Source: Acidovorax sp. (GTDB lineage Bacteria > Pseudomonadota > Gammaproteobacteria > Burkholderiales > Burkholderiaceae_C). From it: 64,000 nucleotides of DNA. The DNA is taken from contig JAYSFC010000002.1 of NCBI GenBank assembly GCA_041913505.1, forward strand, positions 7,859 through 71,858. The letters run 5' to 3'. Shown here piece by piece: positions 35,091 to 44,375 of this stretch; positions within the stretch are counted from its first letter, which is position 1, and every line of letters begins with the position of its first letter. The translations under genes were made by a program, and so were the position numbers. The notes under the pieces are model-generated. The model searched no databases, was not told the origin of the DNA, and worked only from the letters and a program-made list of their open reading frames with translations.

Positions 35091-36712
35091 TGCGGTGGGC
35101 CCCTCCCGGGACGGCCGATTGGGCCGCCGGCCTCTCCATCGCCGGGCTGCTACTGCCCGAGGCTGTGGCCTACGCAGGCATTGCGGGGCTGCCGCCCCAG
35201 GCCGGCGTGATTGCGCTGTTTGCGGGGTTGCTGGCCTATGGGCTGCTGGGCAGCAGCCGCTTCGCCATCGTGTCGGCTACCTCGTCCTCGGCGGCCGTGC
35301 TGCTCGCAGCCACCAGTTCCATGTCTGGCACGTCGCCCGCGACGCAGGCGGCGCTGGGCGTCGGCATCGTGCTGCTGACGGGGGTGTTCTTCGTGGTGGC
35401 AGGGGTGGCGCAACTGGGGGCGGTGTCGAACTTCATCGCCAAGCCCGTGCTGCGTGGCTTTGCGCTGGGCCTGGCGCTCACCATCGTCGTCAAGCAGATA
35501 CCGCACGCCGTGGGGGTGCACCCGGCCCGTGGCGATCTGGCGCGCTTCGTCTGGGAGCTGCTGGCGCAATGGCACGACTGGAACTTCAAGGGGCTGGCCA
35601 TGGCACTGGCAGCCTTGGTCTTCATGCAGGGCGTGGCGCGCTGGCACACCGTGCCGGCGGCGTTGCTCGTGATTGCAGTGGGCATAGCGCTCGACGCTGG
35701 GGGCTGGTGCGCGCAGTGGGGCATCGCGGCCGTGGGGCCGATCCGGCTCGATTTCTCGAGCCCTGGCGTGCCCGTGCTGCCGCGCGCCGACTGGCTGCGC
35801 ATGGGGGAGTTGGCCTTCGCGATGGCGCTGATCCTTTATGCCGAGTCGTATGGTTCGATCCGCACCTTCGCGCTGCGCCATGGCGACGCCGTACGGCTCA
35901 ACCGCGACCTGGTGGCGCTCGGGGCGTCCAACCTGCTGTCGGGCCTGTTCCAGGGCATGCCCGTGGGGGCGGGGTACTCGGCCACGTCGGCCAACGAGGT
36001 GGCCGGTGCGCAAAGCCGCGCGGCCGGGCTGATCGCCTGCGCCGTGGTGGGCCTGGCCGTGTGGGCGCTGCTGCCCTGGATCGAGCGCACGCCCGAGCCG
36101 CTGCTGGCCGCCATCGTGATCCATGCCGTGGGCCATACGCTGAACCCCGGCAGCCTGCGCCCGTACTTCACGTGGCGGCGCGACCGGCTGATCGCGCTCG
36201 TGGCTTTCGGGGCGGTGCTGGTGTTCGGTGTGCTCGACGGCCTGCTGCTCGCCATAGCGGCCAGCCTGCTGATGCTGTTGCAGGGTTTTTCGCGCCCGCG
36301 CGTGAGCTGGCTGGGGCAGCTTGCGCAGACCCGCGATTACGTGGACATCGAGCGCCACCCCGAGGCCTGCGTGCCCCCGGGCCTGCTCATCGCGCGGCCC
36401 GAGGCGCCGCTGTTCTTCGGCAACGCCGAGCCCGTGTTCGCGGCCATCCGCGTGCGCATGGAGGCCATGGAGCCGCTCACGGGCGTGGTGCTGAGCCTGG
36501 AAGAGTCGGCCGATCTTGACGCAACGAGCATCGAGGCGCTGTGCGACTTCGCCGCCCAGGTGCGTGAGCGCGGCGTGCCGCTGGTGCTCGCGCGCGTGAA
36601 GGATCCCGTGCGCGACGTGCTGGAGCGTGTGCACGCCGAGGCACTGCCCGCCGTGCAGTCCGCGGCCTGGAGCGTGGACGACGCGGTGCTGCAGTTGCAG
36701 GCCCGCCATTAG
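35090..36712 (+). CDS. SulP-family anion transporter with a C-terminal STAS domain
   Basis: In-frame part of ORF 34919..36712(+), starting at MRWAPPGTADWAAGLSIAGLLLPEAVAYAGIAGLPP (ATG at 35090). The multi-TM core is followed by a STAS-like tail (LLIARPEAPLFFGNAE...LSLEESADLDATSIEAL). Confidence 0.85.
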   Translation: MRWAPPGTADWAAGLSIAGLLLPEAVAYAGIAGLPPQAGVIALFAGLLAYGLLGSSRFAIVSATSSSAAVLLAATSSMSGTSPATQAALGVGIVLLTGVFFVVAGVAQLGAVSNFIAKPVLRGFALGLALTIVVKQIPHAVGVHPARGDLARFVWELLAQWHDWNFKGLAMALAALVFMQGVARWHTVPAALLVIAVGIALDAGGWCAQWGIAAVGPIRLDFSSPGVPVLPRADWLRMGELAFAMALILYAESYGSIRTFALRHGDAVRLNRDLVALGASNLLSGLFQGMPVGAGYSATSANEVAGAQSRAAGLIACAVVGLAVWALLPWIERTPEPLLAAIVIHAVGHTLNPGSLRPYFTWRRDRLIALVAFGAVLVFGVLDGLLLAIAASLLMLLQGFSRPRVSWLGQLAQTRDYVDIERHPEACVPPGLLIARPEAPLFFGNAEPVFAAIRVRMEAMEPLTGVVLSLEESADLDATSIEALCDFAAQVRERGVPLVLARVKDPVRDVLERVHAEALPAVQSAAWSVDDAVLQLQARH

Positions 36713-36775
36713 CTATTGAATTAATAGCTAACAGTGTCCGCTGCAAAAGCACCCCAGGCCAAAAAGGCTTGAAGT
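36710..36775 (+). repeat. REP-like intergenic element, copy 1
   Basis: AGCTATTGAATTAATAGCT (36711-36729, an imperfect palindrome that starts in the SulP stop codon), then CAGTGTCCGCTGCAAAAGCACC, then AGGCC-AAAAA-GGCTT (36756-36770). It lies between convergent genes. Confidence 0.45.
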
Positions 36776-36782
36776 TCTGGCG

Positions 36783-37817
36783 TCAGCGCGCCGCCGCGCG
36801 GGCCGTGTCGAGCCAGCCGTCGAAAGTCTTCTGGTGCGCGCGGATCCAGCCTTGCACATGGCGTTCGATGTCGGCAGCCTGGTTCTGGCCATTCTTCATG
36901 GCGAGGTTCTGGGCGTTGATGTCGGCCACGGGCAGCCGCATCACCTCGAACAGCCGGGCCGCGGCGGGGTGCTTCTCGGCGAAGGCCCTGTTGGCCACGA
37001 TCTTCTGCGTGTTCAGCGCAAAGCCGTAGTTGCGCCCGTCGGGCAGCGCGGTCTGCGTGTGGGCCTGCTCGCCGGGCAGCGCGGTGAACGGTACCTGCAG
37101 CCACACCACGTCCTTGCCGGGGCGCAGTTCGGCGCTGACCCAGAACGGCGTCCACGTGTAGTACAGCACCGGCTGGCCGGCCCGAAAGCGCGCCAGGGTG
37201 TCCGCCATCAGCGCCGGGTAGCTCCCTTGCACGTGGGTGACGGTGCCGCGCAGGCCGTAGGCCGTGAGCTGGTGCTCGATGGCGGCCTCGCAGCCCCAGC
37301 CCGGCGTGCAGCCCGTGAGGTCGGCCTTGCCGTCGCCGTCGGTGTCGAACAGCTGGGCGATCTGCGGATCCTGGAGCTGCGCGATGCTGGTGATGTGGTG
37401 CGCGTCGGCGGTCTTCTTGTCGATCAGGTAGCCCTGGGCGGCGTTGCTGGAGTAGGCGCCCTTGCGCCAGAGCTTGGCGTCGCCGCCGGCATTTTTGTAG
37501 AAGTCGGCGTGCAGCGGGTCCCAGTGGTCGGCCATGAAGGTGGCGTCCCCGTTGGCGATGGCCACGTGGGCGGTGGCGTATTCGATTTCCTTGATGGGCT
37601 GCACGTCGTAGCCGAGCTGCTCGAGGCCCTTCATTACGAGCAGGGTCTGGAAGGTTTCCTCGGCGATCGAGCTCTTGAGCGGCTGCACCTTCACGCCTTG
37701 GCCCGGCAGGCCGCCGGCCTGCGCGGCCAAGGCCAGGCCGAGCGCTGCGAGGCCGGCGGCGGCACGGTGGAGGAGGGGGTGGCGGGTGTTCATCGTCATC
37801 ATGCGTTGGCTTCTCAT
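36783..37817 (-). CDS. proX: Glycine betaine/proline betaine ABC transporter substrate-binding protein
   Basis: 344-aa ORF. The signal peptide is ...[18 protein letters not shown], and alternative starts at 37802 or 37793 are possible. It contains ProX-like segments ([26 protein letters not shown]). Confidence 0.85.
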   Translation of the reverse strand: MRSQRMMTMNTRHPLLHRAAAGLAALGLALAAQAGGLPGQGVKVQPLKSSIAEETFQTLLVMKGLEQLGYDVQPIKEIEYATAHVAIANGDATFMADHWDPLHADFYKNAGGDAKLWRKGAYSSNAAQGYLIDKKTADAHHITSIAQLQDPQIAQLFDTDGDGKADLTGCTPGWGCEAAIEHQLTAYGLRGTVTHVQGSYPALMADTLARFRAGQPVLYYTWTPFWVSAELRPGKDVVWLQVPFTALPGEQAHTQTALPDGRNYGFALNTQKIVANRAFAEKHPAAARLFEVMRLPVADINAQNLAMKNGQNQAADIERHVQGWIRAHQKTFDGWLDTARAAAR

Positions 37818-37829
37818 GGAATGGGGGGA

Positions 37830-39032
37830 TCAGTGGCCGGGTACGGGATTCGGCGCGGCGGTGGTGGGGGCGGTGGCGGTTCGCCGCATGGAGCGCAGCA
37901 GGCGCCAGAGCAAGCCCGCGGGCCCCGTCTGCCACCAGTGGCGCGCGCCGCGGCGCGCAGCGCCCAGGGCCTGGGTGAGGCGGTCGAGCGTGATGGCCAG
38001 CAGCACCAGTCCCAGGCCGCCCACGGTGGCCAGGCCCATGTCGAGCCGGCCAATGCCGCGCAGCACCATCTGGCCCAGGCCGCCCACGGCGATCATGGAG
38101 GCGATGACCACCATCGACAGCGACAGCATCAGCGCCTGGTTGATGCCAGCCATGATCGAAGGCAGGGCCAGTGGCAGCTGTACCTTCACGAGCATCTGCC
38201 AGGGCGAGGCGCCGTAGGCGCGCGCGGCCTCGACGAGGTCGGGCCGTACCTGGCGGATGCCCAGGTCGGTCAGGCGCACGAGCGGCGGCAGCGCGAAGAT
38301 GGTGGTCACGATCACGCCGGGCACGTTGCCGATGCCGAACAGCATCACCACGGGCACGAGGTAGACGAAGGCCGGCGTGGTCTGCATCGCGTCGAGGAAG
38401 GGACGCGCGGTGCGCTGTGCGCGGTCGCTGGCAGCAAGTGCGATGCCCAGCGGCAGGCCGATGGCGATGCAGAACGCGAGCGAAGTCAGCACCAGCGCAA
38501 GCGTGACCATGGCCTCGGGCCAGACGCCCAGCGTGTGCACCAGCAGCAGCGACACCACGGCGCCGAGGGCGATGCCGCGCCCCGCGAACTGCCAGGCCAG
38601 CAGGCCCACGAGTGCGACAAGGGCCGGCATGGGGGTGCCCGTGAGCAGGCTTTCCACCCAGGTCAGCGTGCTGTCGATGGGTGCACGCACCGTCTGGAAG
38701 AAGGGGCGGAAATGTTCCACCGCCCAGGCCAGGCCCTGGTTGATCCATTGCCCGAGCGGCAGCGTGCCGTCCCAGAGCTTTTGCAGGTGCAGGCCTTGGG
38801 CCGCCGCTGTGGGGTCTGCGGCGGCCTGGGCGGCGTCAGGGGGCGGCGCGGCATGCAGCCAGTCGGCGCTGGCGGCCCCACGGGAGGCGTCGTCTGGCAC
38901 TGGGGCCGTGGCCCAGGGGTCGGTGGGGGCGGCGGGGGTGGTGCTCTCGGCGGGGGGCATCCAGGGGTCTGCACCTATGCCCGGCGGCGTGGCGGCGGTG
39001 GCGGGGCTCAGGTCTTGCACGGTGTCGTTCAT
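37830..39032 (-). CDS. proW: Glycine betaine/proline betaine ABC transporter permease
   Basis: 400-aa ORF with a long Pro/Ala-rich N-terminal extension. This is followed by the ABC permease core ([35 protein letters not shown]). Confidence 0.85.
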   Translation of the reverse strand: MNDTVQDLSPATAATPPGIGADPWMPPAESTTPAAPTDPWATAPVPDDASRGAASADWLHAAPPPDAAQAAADPTAAAQGLHLQKLWDGTLPLGQWINQGLAWAVEHFRPFFQTVRAPIDSTLTWVESLLTGTPMPALVALVGLLAWQFAGRGIALGAVVSLLLVHTLGVWPEAMVTLALVLTSLAFCIAIGLPLGIALAASDRAQRTARPFLDAMQTTPAFVYLVPVVMLFGIGNVPGVIVTTIFALPPLVRLTDLGIRQVRPDLVEAARAYGASPWQMLVKVQLPLALPSIMAGINQALMLSLSMVVIASMIAVGGLGQMVLRGIGRLDMGLATVGGLGLVLLAITLDRLTQALGAARRGARHWWQTGPAGLLWRLLRSMRRTATAPTTAAPNPVPGH

Positions 39033-40264
39033 GCGGCGATCCTTTCTCGTGGGGTGGTCGGCAGGGGCGGTGTGTCGCGGTCCAGAAAGCGCAGCAGCGT
39101 GGTCTTGCTGATCGCCCCGTGGTAGCGGCCGTCCGCACCCACCACGGGCAGGGCGCAGGGGGCCTGGGCCACTTGGCCGAAGAGGCCGGCCACGGGCGCC
39201 TCGGCAGCGATGGGCAGCACCTGGGGCAGGAAGGCGTGCTGCAGGCCCCGCGGGCCCGCGTGGCCGTCGAGCGCGCCGCGCAGCGAGTCGGCCGAGACGG
39301 TGCCCAGGTAGCGCTGCGTGGGGCTCACCACGTAGGCGAAGTCGTCGTCATGGTCCTCAATGAGCTGCAGCGCCGCGCGGCAGCCGCGGTCGGTGTGCTC
39401 GCGCACCACGGTAAGGCGCTGGCGCGCGATGTCGGCAGCCTTGAAGACGGCGGCTGCATCCACGCCGCGCACAAAGCTGCGCACGTAGTCGTTGGCGGGG
39501 TTGCGCAGGATGTCGTCGGGCGTGCCCACCTGCACCACCTGGCCGTCCTTCATGATGGCGATGCGGTCGCCGATGCGCATGGCCTCGTCGAGGTCGTGCG
39601 AGATGAAGACGATGGTGCGCCGCCGGATCTGCTGCAGCCGCAGCAGTTCGCTTTGCATCTCGGTGCGGATGATGGGGTCGAGCGCCGAAAAGGCCTCGTC
39701 CATCAGCAGGATCGACGGGTCGCTGGCCAGTGCGCGCGCCAGGCCCACGCGCTGTTGCATGCCGCCCGAGAGCTCGTCGGGGTAGCTCGCGCCCCAACCC
39801 GCCAGGCCCACCTGCTCCAGCGCGGCGGTGGCGAGCGTCCGGCGCTCGGCGCGGTCCACGCCAGCGAGCTCCAGGCCGAAAGCGGTGTTGTCCAGCACCG
39901 TCATGTGCGGCAGCAGCGCGAAGGACTGGAACACCATGGAGATGTCCTTGCGGCGCAGCGCGCGCAGGGCGCGGTCGCCCAGGGTGTTGATGTCCTCGCC
40001 GTCGACAAGGATGCGGCCCGCCGTGGGCTCGATCAGCCGGTTGAGCAGCCGCACCAGCGTGGATTTGCCCGAGCCCGACAGGCCCATGATGACGAAGATC
40101 TCGCCGGCCTCGATGGTGAAATGGGCGTCGAACACACCGATCGACTGGCCCGTGCGCTCCAGGATCTGCTGCTTGCTGCAGCCCTGGCGCACGAGGTCCA
40201 GTGCGGCCTGCGGCGCGTCGCCGAAGACTTTGAATACATGGTCGATGCGGATTTGGCGGGCCAT
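39029..40264 (-). CDS. proV: Glycine betaine/proline betaine ABC transporter ATP-binding protein with tandem CBS domains
   Basis: Part of ORF 39029..40486(-), starting at [15 protein letters not shown] (ATG at 40264) behind AAGGAGGA. It has Walker [10 protein letters not shown], the signature LSGGMQQRV and Walker [13 protein letters not shown]. The stop overlaps the proW start. Confidence 0.9.
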   Translation of the reverse strand: MARQIRIDHVFKVFGDAPQAALDLVRQGCSKQQILERTGQSIGVFDAHFTIEAGEIFVIMGLSGSGKSTLVRLLNRLIEPTAGRILVDGEDINTLGDRALRALRRKDISMVFQSFALLPHMTVLDNTAFGLELAGVDRAERRTLATAALEQVGLAGWGASYPDELSGGMQQRVGLARALASDPSILLMDEAFSALDPIIRTEMQSELLRLQQIRRRTIVFISHDLDEAMRIGDRIAIMKDGQVVQVGTPDDILRNPANDYVRSFVRGVDAAAVFKAADIARQRLTVVREHTDRGCRAALQLIEDHDDDFAYVVSPTQRYLGTVSADSLRGALDGHAGPRGLQHAFLPQVLPIAAEAPVAGLFGQVAQAPCALPVVGADGRYHGAISKTTLLRFLDRDTPPLPTTPRERIAA

Positions 40265-40599
40265 GGGGGCTTCCTCCTTCGGTTGGGGTGGCCCACGGCC
40301 CCGCATGGCAATGGCGGAGCCCGGCAGCGGCGTGGGGCAAGGCCCGATGCGGCGGCCACGCCCCGGACGGCCGGGGCGGCGGGGAAACGGTGGCGAAGAT
40401 CGGTCCGAATGGCACCTGGGGTGGTGCGCAAGAACCTGGCAGGGCGCGGCGCGGCGGCAGCGCCCTCGGAGGGGCAACCGGGCCAAGGTGTGAGGCCCGG
40501 CGGGCTGATGGTGGGCGGCGGTGCCGCCGTCAGCCCGGAGCGGTTCGCCCCGCAGAAGGGAGCGAATTACCTGCGTGGCAGGTTGTTAAACATGGGGAA

Positions 40600-40628
40600 A
40601 GTATAGAAATTGTGTTTTTTTGAGTCAA
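40600..40628 (-). promoter_or_regulatory. Near-consensus sigma-70 promoter candidate (TTGACT-N17-TATACT) facing proVWX
   Basis: The minus strand reads TTGACTcaaaaaaacacaatttcTATACT, with the -35 at 40628-40623 and the -10 at 40605-40600. It lies about 330 nt upstream of the proV ATG, in the only AT-rich patch of that gap. Confidence 0.35.
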
Positions 40629-40668
40629 AACACAGGTTTTTCCCCACCGGGTATTACGCGCGCGAGGC

Positions 40669-41280
40669 TCAGTGCTTGTCGTGGCTGCCGTTGAGCAGCT
40701 TGTCGGTGTAGGCAATCGCCAGGGCGCTGGCGAGAAAGGTGATGTGGATGATGGTCTGCCACATCAGTACCTTCACGTCGTAGTTGGCAGCGTTGATGAA
40801 GGTCTTGAGCAAGTGGATGGAGCTGATGCCGATGATCGACAGGCCCAGCTTCACCTTCAGCACCGAAGCGTTCACATGGCCCAGCCACTCAGGCTGGTCG
40901 GGGTGGGCTTCCAGGCCCAGGCGGCTCACGAAGGTTTCGTAGCCGCCCACGATCACCATGATGAGCAGGTTGGAGATCATCACCACGTCGATCAGCGCAA
41001 GCACCACGAGCATGATCACGGTTTCGTTGAGCGATGTGATCTGGACGTCAGGGCGGTAGCCGATGCTGGTTACCAGGGCTTGCAGCGCTTCCTGGTGGCC
41101 GAAGGCGGCCTCGACCAGGTGCCACAGCTCCAGCAGAAAGTGCCAGACGTAGACGCCCTGCGCTGCGATGAGGCCCAGGTACAGGGGCAGCTGCAGCCAG
41201 CGGCTGGCGAAGATCAGGGCGGGCAGCGGGCGCAGAGGCGAGCTGCCGGGCGGGGGACCGGCGGAGGGGTGGGATGACAT
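40669..41280 (-). CDS. YqhA/UPF0114-family inner membrane protein
   Basis: 203-aa ORF with [12 protein letters not shown] and [27 protein letters not shown], which is the typical UPF0114 pattern. Confidence 0.75.
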   Translation of the reverse strand: MSSHPSAGPPPGSSPLRPLPALIFASRWLQLPLYLGLIAAQGVYVWHFLLELWHLVEAAFGHQEALQALVTSIGYRPDVQITSLNETVIMLVVLALIDVVMISNLLIMVIVGGYETFVSRLGLEAHPDQPEWLGHVNASVLKVKLGLSIIGISSIHLLKTFINAANYDVKVLMWQTIIHITFLASALAIAYTDKLLNGSHDKH

Positions 41281-41435
41281 GGCGGGGGAGAAAAGGTTGG
41301 GGAAAATGTGAGCGGCGCATTTTAGGGGTGCGTCGATGACAGCGTGTTTTTGTAAGCTTCGCGCCAGTCAGTGGGCTGTAAGTGCCACGGCCGACAGTAC
41401 CGCCAAAATTCATCTGACAACCAGGAGACAATTCC

Positions 41436-43433
41436 ATGAGTGCGCCCACATCCGCGATCGAATCCGTGCTGGTGGAGAACCGCGTGTTCCCGCCCAGCGA
41501 GGCCACCGTGAAGGCCGCCCGCGTATCGGGCATGGCTGGCTACGAAGCCCTGTGCGCCGAGGCCGAGAAGGACTTCGAGGGCTTCTGGGCCCGGCTGGCA
41601 CGCGAGAACCTGCAATGGTCCAAGCCCTTCACGCATACGCTGGACGAGTCCAACGCCCCGTTCTACAAGTGGTTCACCGACGGTGAACTCAACGCCAGCG
41701 CCAACTGCCTGGACCGCCACATCGGCACGCCGGTCGAGAACAAGACCGCCATCCTCTTCGAGGCCGACGACGGCTCCGTCACGCAAGTCACCTACAAGGA
41801 GCTTCTGGCCAGGGTGAGCCAGTTCGCCAACGCGCTCAAGGCGCGCGGCGTGCAAAAGGGCGACCGCGTGCTCATCTACATGCCGATGACCGTCGAGGGC
41901 GTGGTGGCCATGCAGGCCTGCGCGCGCATCGGCGCCACGCACAGCGTGGTGTTCGGCGGCTTCTCGGCCAAGGCGCTGCACGAGCGCACCATCGACGCGG
42001 GCGCCGTGGCCATCATCACGGCCAACTACCAGCTGCGCGGCGGCAAGGAGCTGCCGCTCAAGTCCATCGTCGACGAGGCCCTGGCCATGGGCGGCTGCGA
42101 CAGCGTGAAGTCCGTGCTGGTGTACGAGCGCACGCCCACGGCCTGGAACCGCGTCGAAGGCCGCGACGTCACCTTCGCCGAGGCGCAGGCCGGCCAGAGC
42201 ACCGAATGCGCGCCCGTGCCGGTGAATGCCGAGCACCCGCTGTTCATCCTCTACACCAGCGGCTCCACCGGCAAGCCCAAGGGCGTGCAGCACTCCACCG
42301 GCGGCTACATGCTGTGGGCGCGCCAGACCATGCTGTGGACCTTCGACCTGCAGCCTTCCGATGTGTTCTGGTGCACGGCCGATATTGGCTGGATCACCGG
42401 CCACACCTACGTGGCCTACGGCCCGCTGGCAGCGGGCGCCACGCAGGTGGTGTTCGAGGGCGTGCCCACCTTCCCGCATGCGGGCCGGTTCTGGGAAATG
42501 ATCGAGCGCCACAAGGTCTCGATCTTCTACACCGCGCCCACGGCCATCCGCTCGCTCATCAAGGCGGCCGACTCCGACGAGAAGGTGCACCCCAAGAACT
42601 GGAACCTCACCAGCCTGCGCGTGCTGGGCAGCGTGGGCGAGCCGATCAACCCCGAGGCCTGGATGTGGTACTACCGCCATGTGGGCGGCGAGCGCTGCCC
42701 CATCGTGGACACGTTCTGGCAGACCGAGAACGGCGGCCACGTCATCACCCCGCTGCCGGGCGCCACGCCGCTGGTGCCTGGCTCGTGCACGCTGCCGCTG
42801 CCGGGCATCGCGGCCGCCATCGTCGACGAGACGGGCAAGGACCTGCCCAACGGCGCCGGCGGCATGCTGGTCATCAAGCGCCCCTGGCCGTCCATGATCC
42901 GCACCATCTGGGGCGACCCCGAGCGCTTCAAGAAGAGCTACTTCCCCGAGGAAATGGGCGGCAGGATCTACCTGGCCGGCGACGGCGCGGTGCGCAGCGA
43001 GGACCGCGGCTACTTCCGCATCACGGGCCGCATCGATGACGTGCTCAACGTCTCGGGCCACCGCATGGGCACGATGGAGATCGAGTCCGCCCTGGTTGCC
43101 AAGACCGACCTCGTGGCCGAGGCCGCCGTGGTGGGCCGCCCCGATGACCTCACGGGCGAGGCCATCTGCGCCTTCGTGGTCCTCAAGCGTCCCCGTCCCA
43201 CGGGCGCGGAGGCGCAACAGATCGCCAAGGAACTGCGCGACTGGGTGGCCAAGGAAATCGGCCCCATCGCCAAGCCCAAGGACATCCGCTTTGGCGAGAA
43301 CCTGCCCAAGACCCGCAGTGGCAAGATCATGCGGCGCCTGCTGCGCAGCCTGGCCAAGGGTGAGCAGATCACCCAGGACACCAGCACGCTGGAGAATCCA
43401 GCCATCCTGGATCAGTTGGCGCAGACCAACTGA
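41436..43433 (+). CDS. acs: Acetyl-CoA synthetase (AMP-forming)
   Basis: 665-aa ORF behind AGGAGA. It contains [39 protein letters not shown] and [11 protein letters not shown]. Confidence 0.95.
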   Translation: MSAPTSAIESVLVENRVFPPSEATVKAARVSGMAGYEALCAEAEKDFEGFWARLARENLQWSKPFTHTLDESNAPFYKWFTDGELNASANCLDRHIGTPVENKTAILFEADDGSVTQVTYKELLARVSQFANALKARGVQKGDRVLIYMPMTVEGVVAMQACARIGATHSVVFGGFSAKALHERTIDAGAVAIITANYQLRGGKELPLKSIVDEALAMGGCDSVKSVLVYERTPTAWNRVEGRDVTFAEAQAGQSTECAPVPVNAEHPLFILYTSGSTGKPKGVQHSTGGYMLWARQTMLWTFDLQPSDVFWCTADIGWITGHTYVAYGPLAAGATQVVFEGVPTFPHAGRFWEMIERHKVSIFYTAPTAIRSLIKAADSDEKVHPKNWNLTSLRVLGSVGEPINPEAWMWYYRHVGGERCPIVDTFWQTENGGHVITPLPGATPLVPGSCTLPLPGIAAAIVDETGKDLPNGAGGMLVIKRPWPSMIRTIWGDPERFKKSYFPEEMGGRIYLAGDGAVRSEDRGYFRITGRIDDVLNVSGHRMGTMEIESALVAKTDLVAEAAVVGRPDDLTGEAICAFVVLKRPRPTGAEAQQIAKELRDWVAKEIGPIAKPKDIRFGENLPKTRSGKIMRRLLRSLAKGEQITQDTSTLENPAILDQLAQTN

Positions 43434-43454
43434 TTCAGCGCGCCGTAAGGCGCG
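43401..43454 (+). repeat. Direct repeat copy 1 (authentic acs 3' end plus a GC hairpin)
   Basis: GCCATCCTGGATCAGTTGGCGCAGACCAACTGAT, then TCAGCGCGCCGTAAGGCGCG. It includes the acs stop codon at 43431-43433. Confidence 0.9.
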
Positions 43455-43529
43455 GATGGGGCGAAGCCCCTGACTGGATTCGGGGAGCACTCATATCGCG
43501 CGGCGATGTGATGTGCTCACCAGAACCCC

Positions 43530-43583
43530 GCCATCCTGGATCAGTTGGCGCAGACCAACTGATACAGCGCGCCACAAGGCGCG
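43530..43583 (+). repeat. Direct repeat copy 2 (non-coding duplicate of the acs 3' end)
   Basis: The same 34-nt string is found exactly, followed by ACAGCGCGCCACAAGGCGCG. Overall 51/54 positions are identical to copy 1, and the offset is 129 nt. Weaker similarity (CACCAG..AA.CC.GCC) extends upstream. Confidence 0.9.
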
Positions 43584-43591
43584 CACAAATC

Positions 43592-43615
43592 AGGCCCGCC
43601 GACGCGGGCCTTTTT
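43592..43615. terminator. Rho-independent terminator after acs; also placed to stop the convergent gene
   Basis: AGGCCCGC-CGAC-GCGGGCCT is followed by TTTTT. Confidence 0.65.
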
Positions 43616-43619
43616 CATG

Positions 43620-44300
43620 TCAATCGAGCAGGTCGGAGTATTCCTTCTGCTTGAAGCCGGCCAACTGGCTCCAGGGCAGCGTCGCGGGCAGGGGCTCGCG
43701 CGTGGCCACGGTCACGCTGCGGCTGGTGCCCTGCGTGTTGCTGGATTCCACGCGCAGCGGGAACTGGCCCTTGGCGTCCCACAGCACCAGTACCTTCATC
43801 GCAGCGGTGCCGCCCTGGTACCAGCGGGCACCCGCGGGCGCCGTCCGTTCGAGCGGCTTCATGCGCTGGATCTGCGCCGGGTCGAGCAGGTGCCGGGCCG
43901 CAGCCCACTGGCCATCGAAGCCCACGTTGCCCCAGTCGGGCTGCGGCACGTCGACCACGAGCTGGTCGTGCGCGTTGACCAGGCGCACGCGCAGCGCGCC
44001 ATCGTCGCTGCGCTGCACCCAGCGCGCGGCGGCGGCCACGTCCATGTGCTTGTGCGCCTTGCCACCGGCGGCATGTTCCTCGGCTTCGTGTGCGTGCGGG
44101 GGCAGCACGCGTGCGAGCCAGACCTGGTCGCCCTGGCGCACCATGCGCTCGGCATAGCGCACGTCGCGCGTGATGCCGTCGGCCGACAGTGTGGTGATGG
44201 AGTGCTCGATCTTCAGGGCCAGGGAGGGGGCGGCTTCCTGGGCCCAGGCGGGAGCCGCCAGCAGCAGGGCCAGCAGCGCGGAGGGGAAGGTGGTTTTCAT
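43620..44300 (-). CDS. Secreted hypothetical protein (226 aa) with a short His-rich patch
   Basis: The signal peptide is MKTTFPSALLALLLAAPAWAQE. There is a PPHAHEAEEHAAGGKAHKH patch. I recognise no family motif. Confidence 0.6.
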   Translation of the reverse strand: MKTTFPSALLALLLAAPAWAQEAAPSLALKIEHSITTLSADGITRDVRYAERMVRQGDQVWLARVLPPHAHEAEEHAAGGKAHKHMDVAAAARWVQRSDDGALRVRLVNAHDQLVVDVPQPDWGNVGFDGQWAAARHLLDPAQIQRMKPLERTAPAGARWYQGGTAAMKVLVLWDAKGQFPLRVESSNTQGTSRSVTVATREPLPATLPWSQLAGFKQKEYSDLLD

Positions 44301-44318
44301 GGGGGCGAGTTCAGATCG

Positions 44319-44355
44319 AAAAAAGCAAAAACGCCCGGCTTGGCGCAGCCGGGCG
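44319..44355 (-). terminator. Rho-independent terminator after the distal alkaline phosphatase gene
   Basis: The minus strand reads CGCCCGGC-TGCGCCAA-GCCGGGCG, followed by TTTTTGCTTTTTT. Confidence 0.7.
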
Positions 44356-44375
44356 TGAGGGGCGTGTGTGCCCGA

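Noticed and set aside
40265-40486. In-frame upstream ATG (40486) that would add 74 aa to ProV.
   Set aside because: The extension is Arg/Pro-rich junk. [15 protein letters not shown] at 40264 matches the canonical ProV N-terminus and has a strong AAGGAGGA RBS.
40606-40636. Hairpin TGTGTTTT-N-AAAACACA as the terminator of the yqhA-like gene.
   Set aside because: The stem has only two G-C pairs and no convincing U-run on the minus strand. The same sequence fits a TTGACT-N17-TATACT promoter better. Both readings remain possible.
43434-43529. A mobile element or MITE inserted behind acs, between the two repeat copies.
   Set aside because: The intervening segment is only about 75-95 nt. It has no terminal inverted repeats that I can find and no transposase or integrase anywhere nearby. 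I reported it only as a duplication or possible scar.
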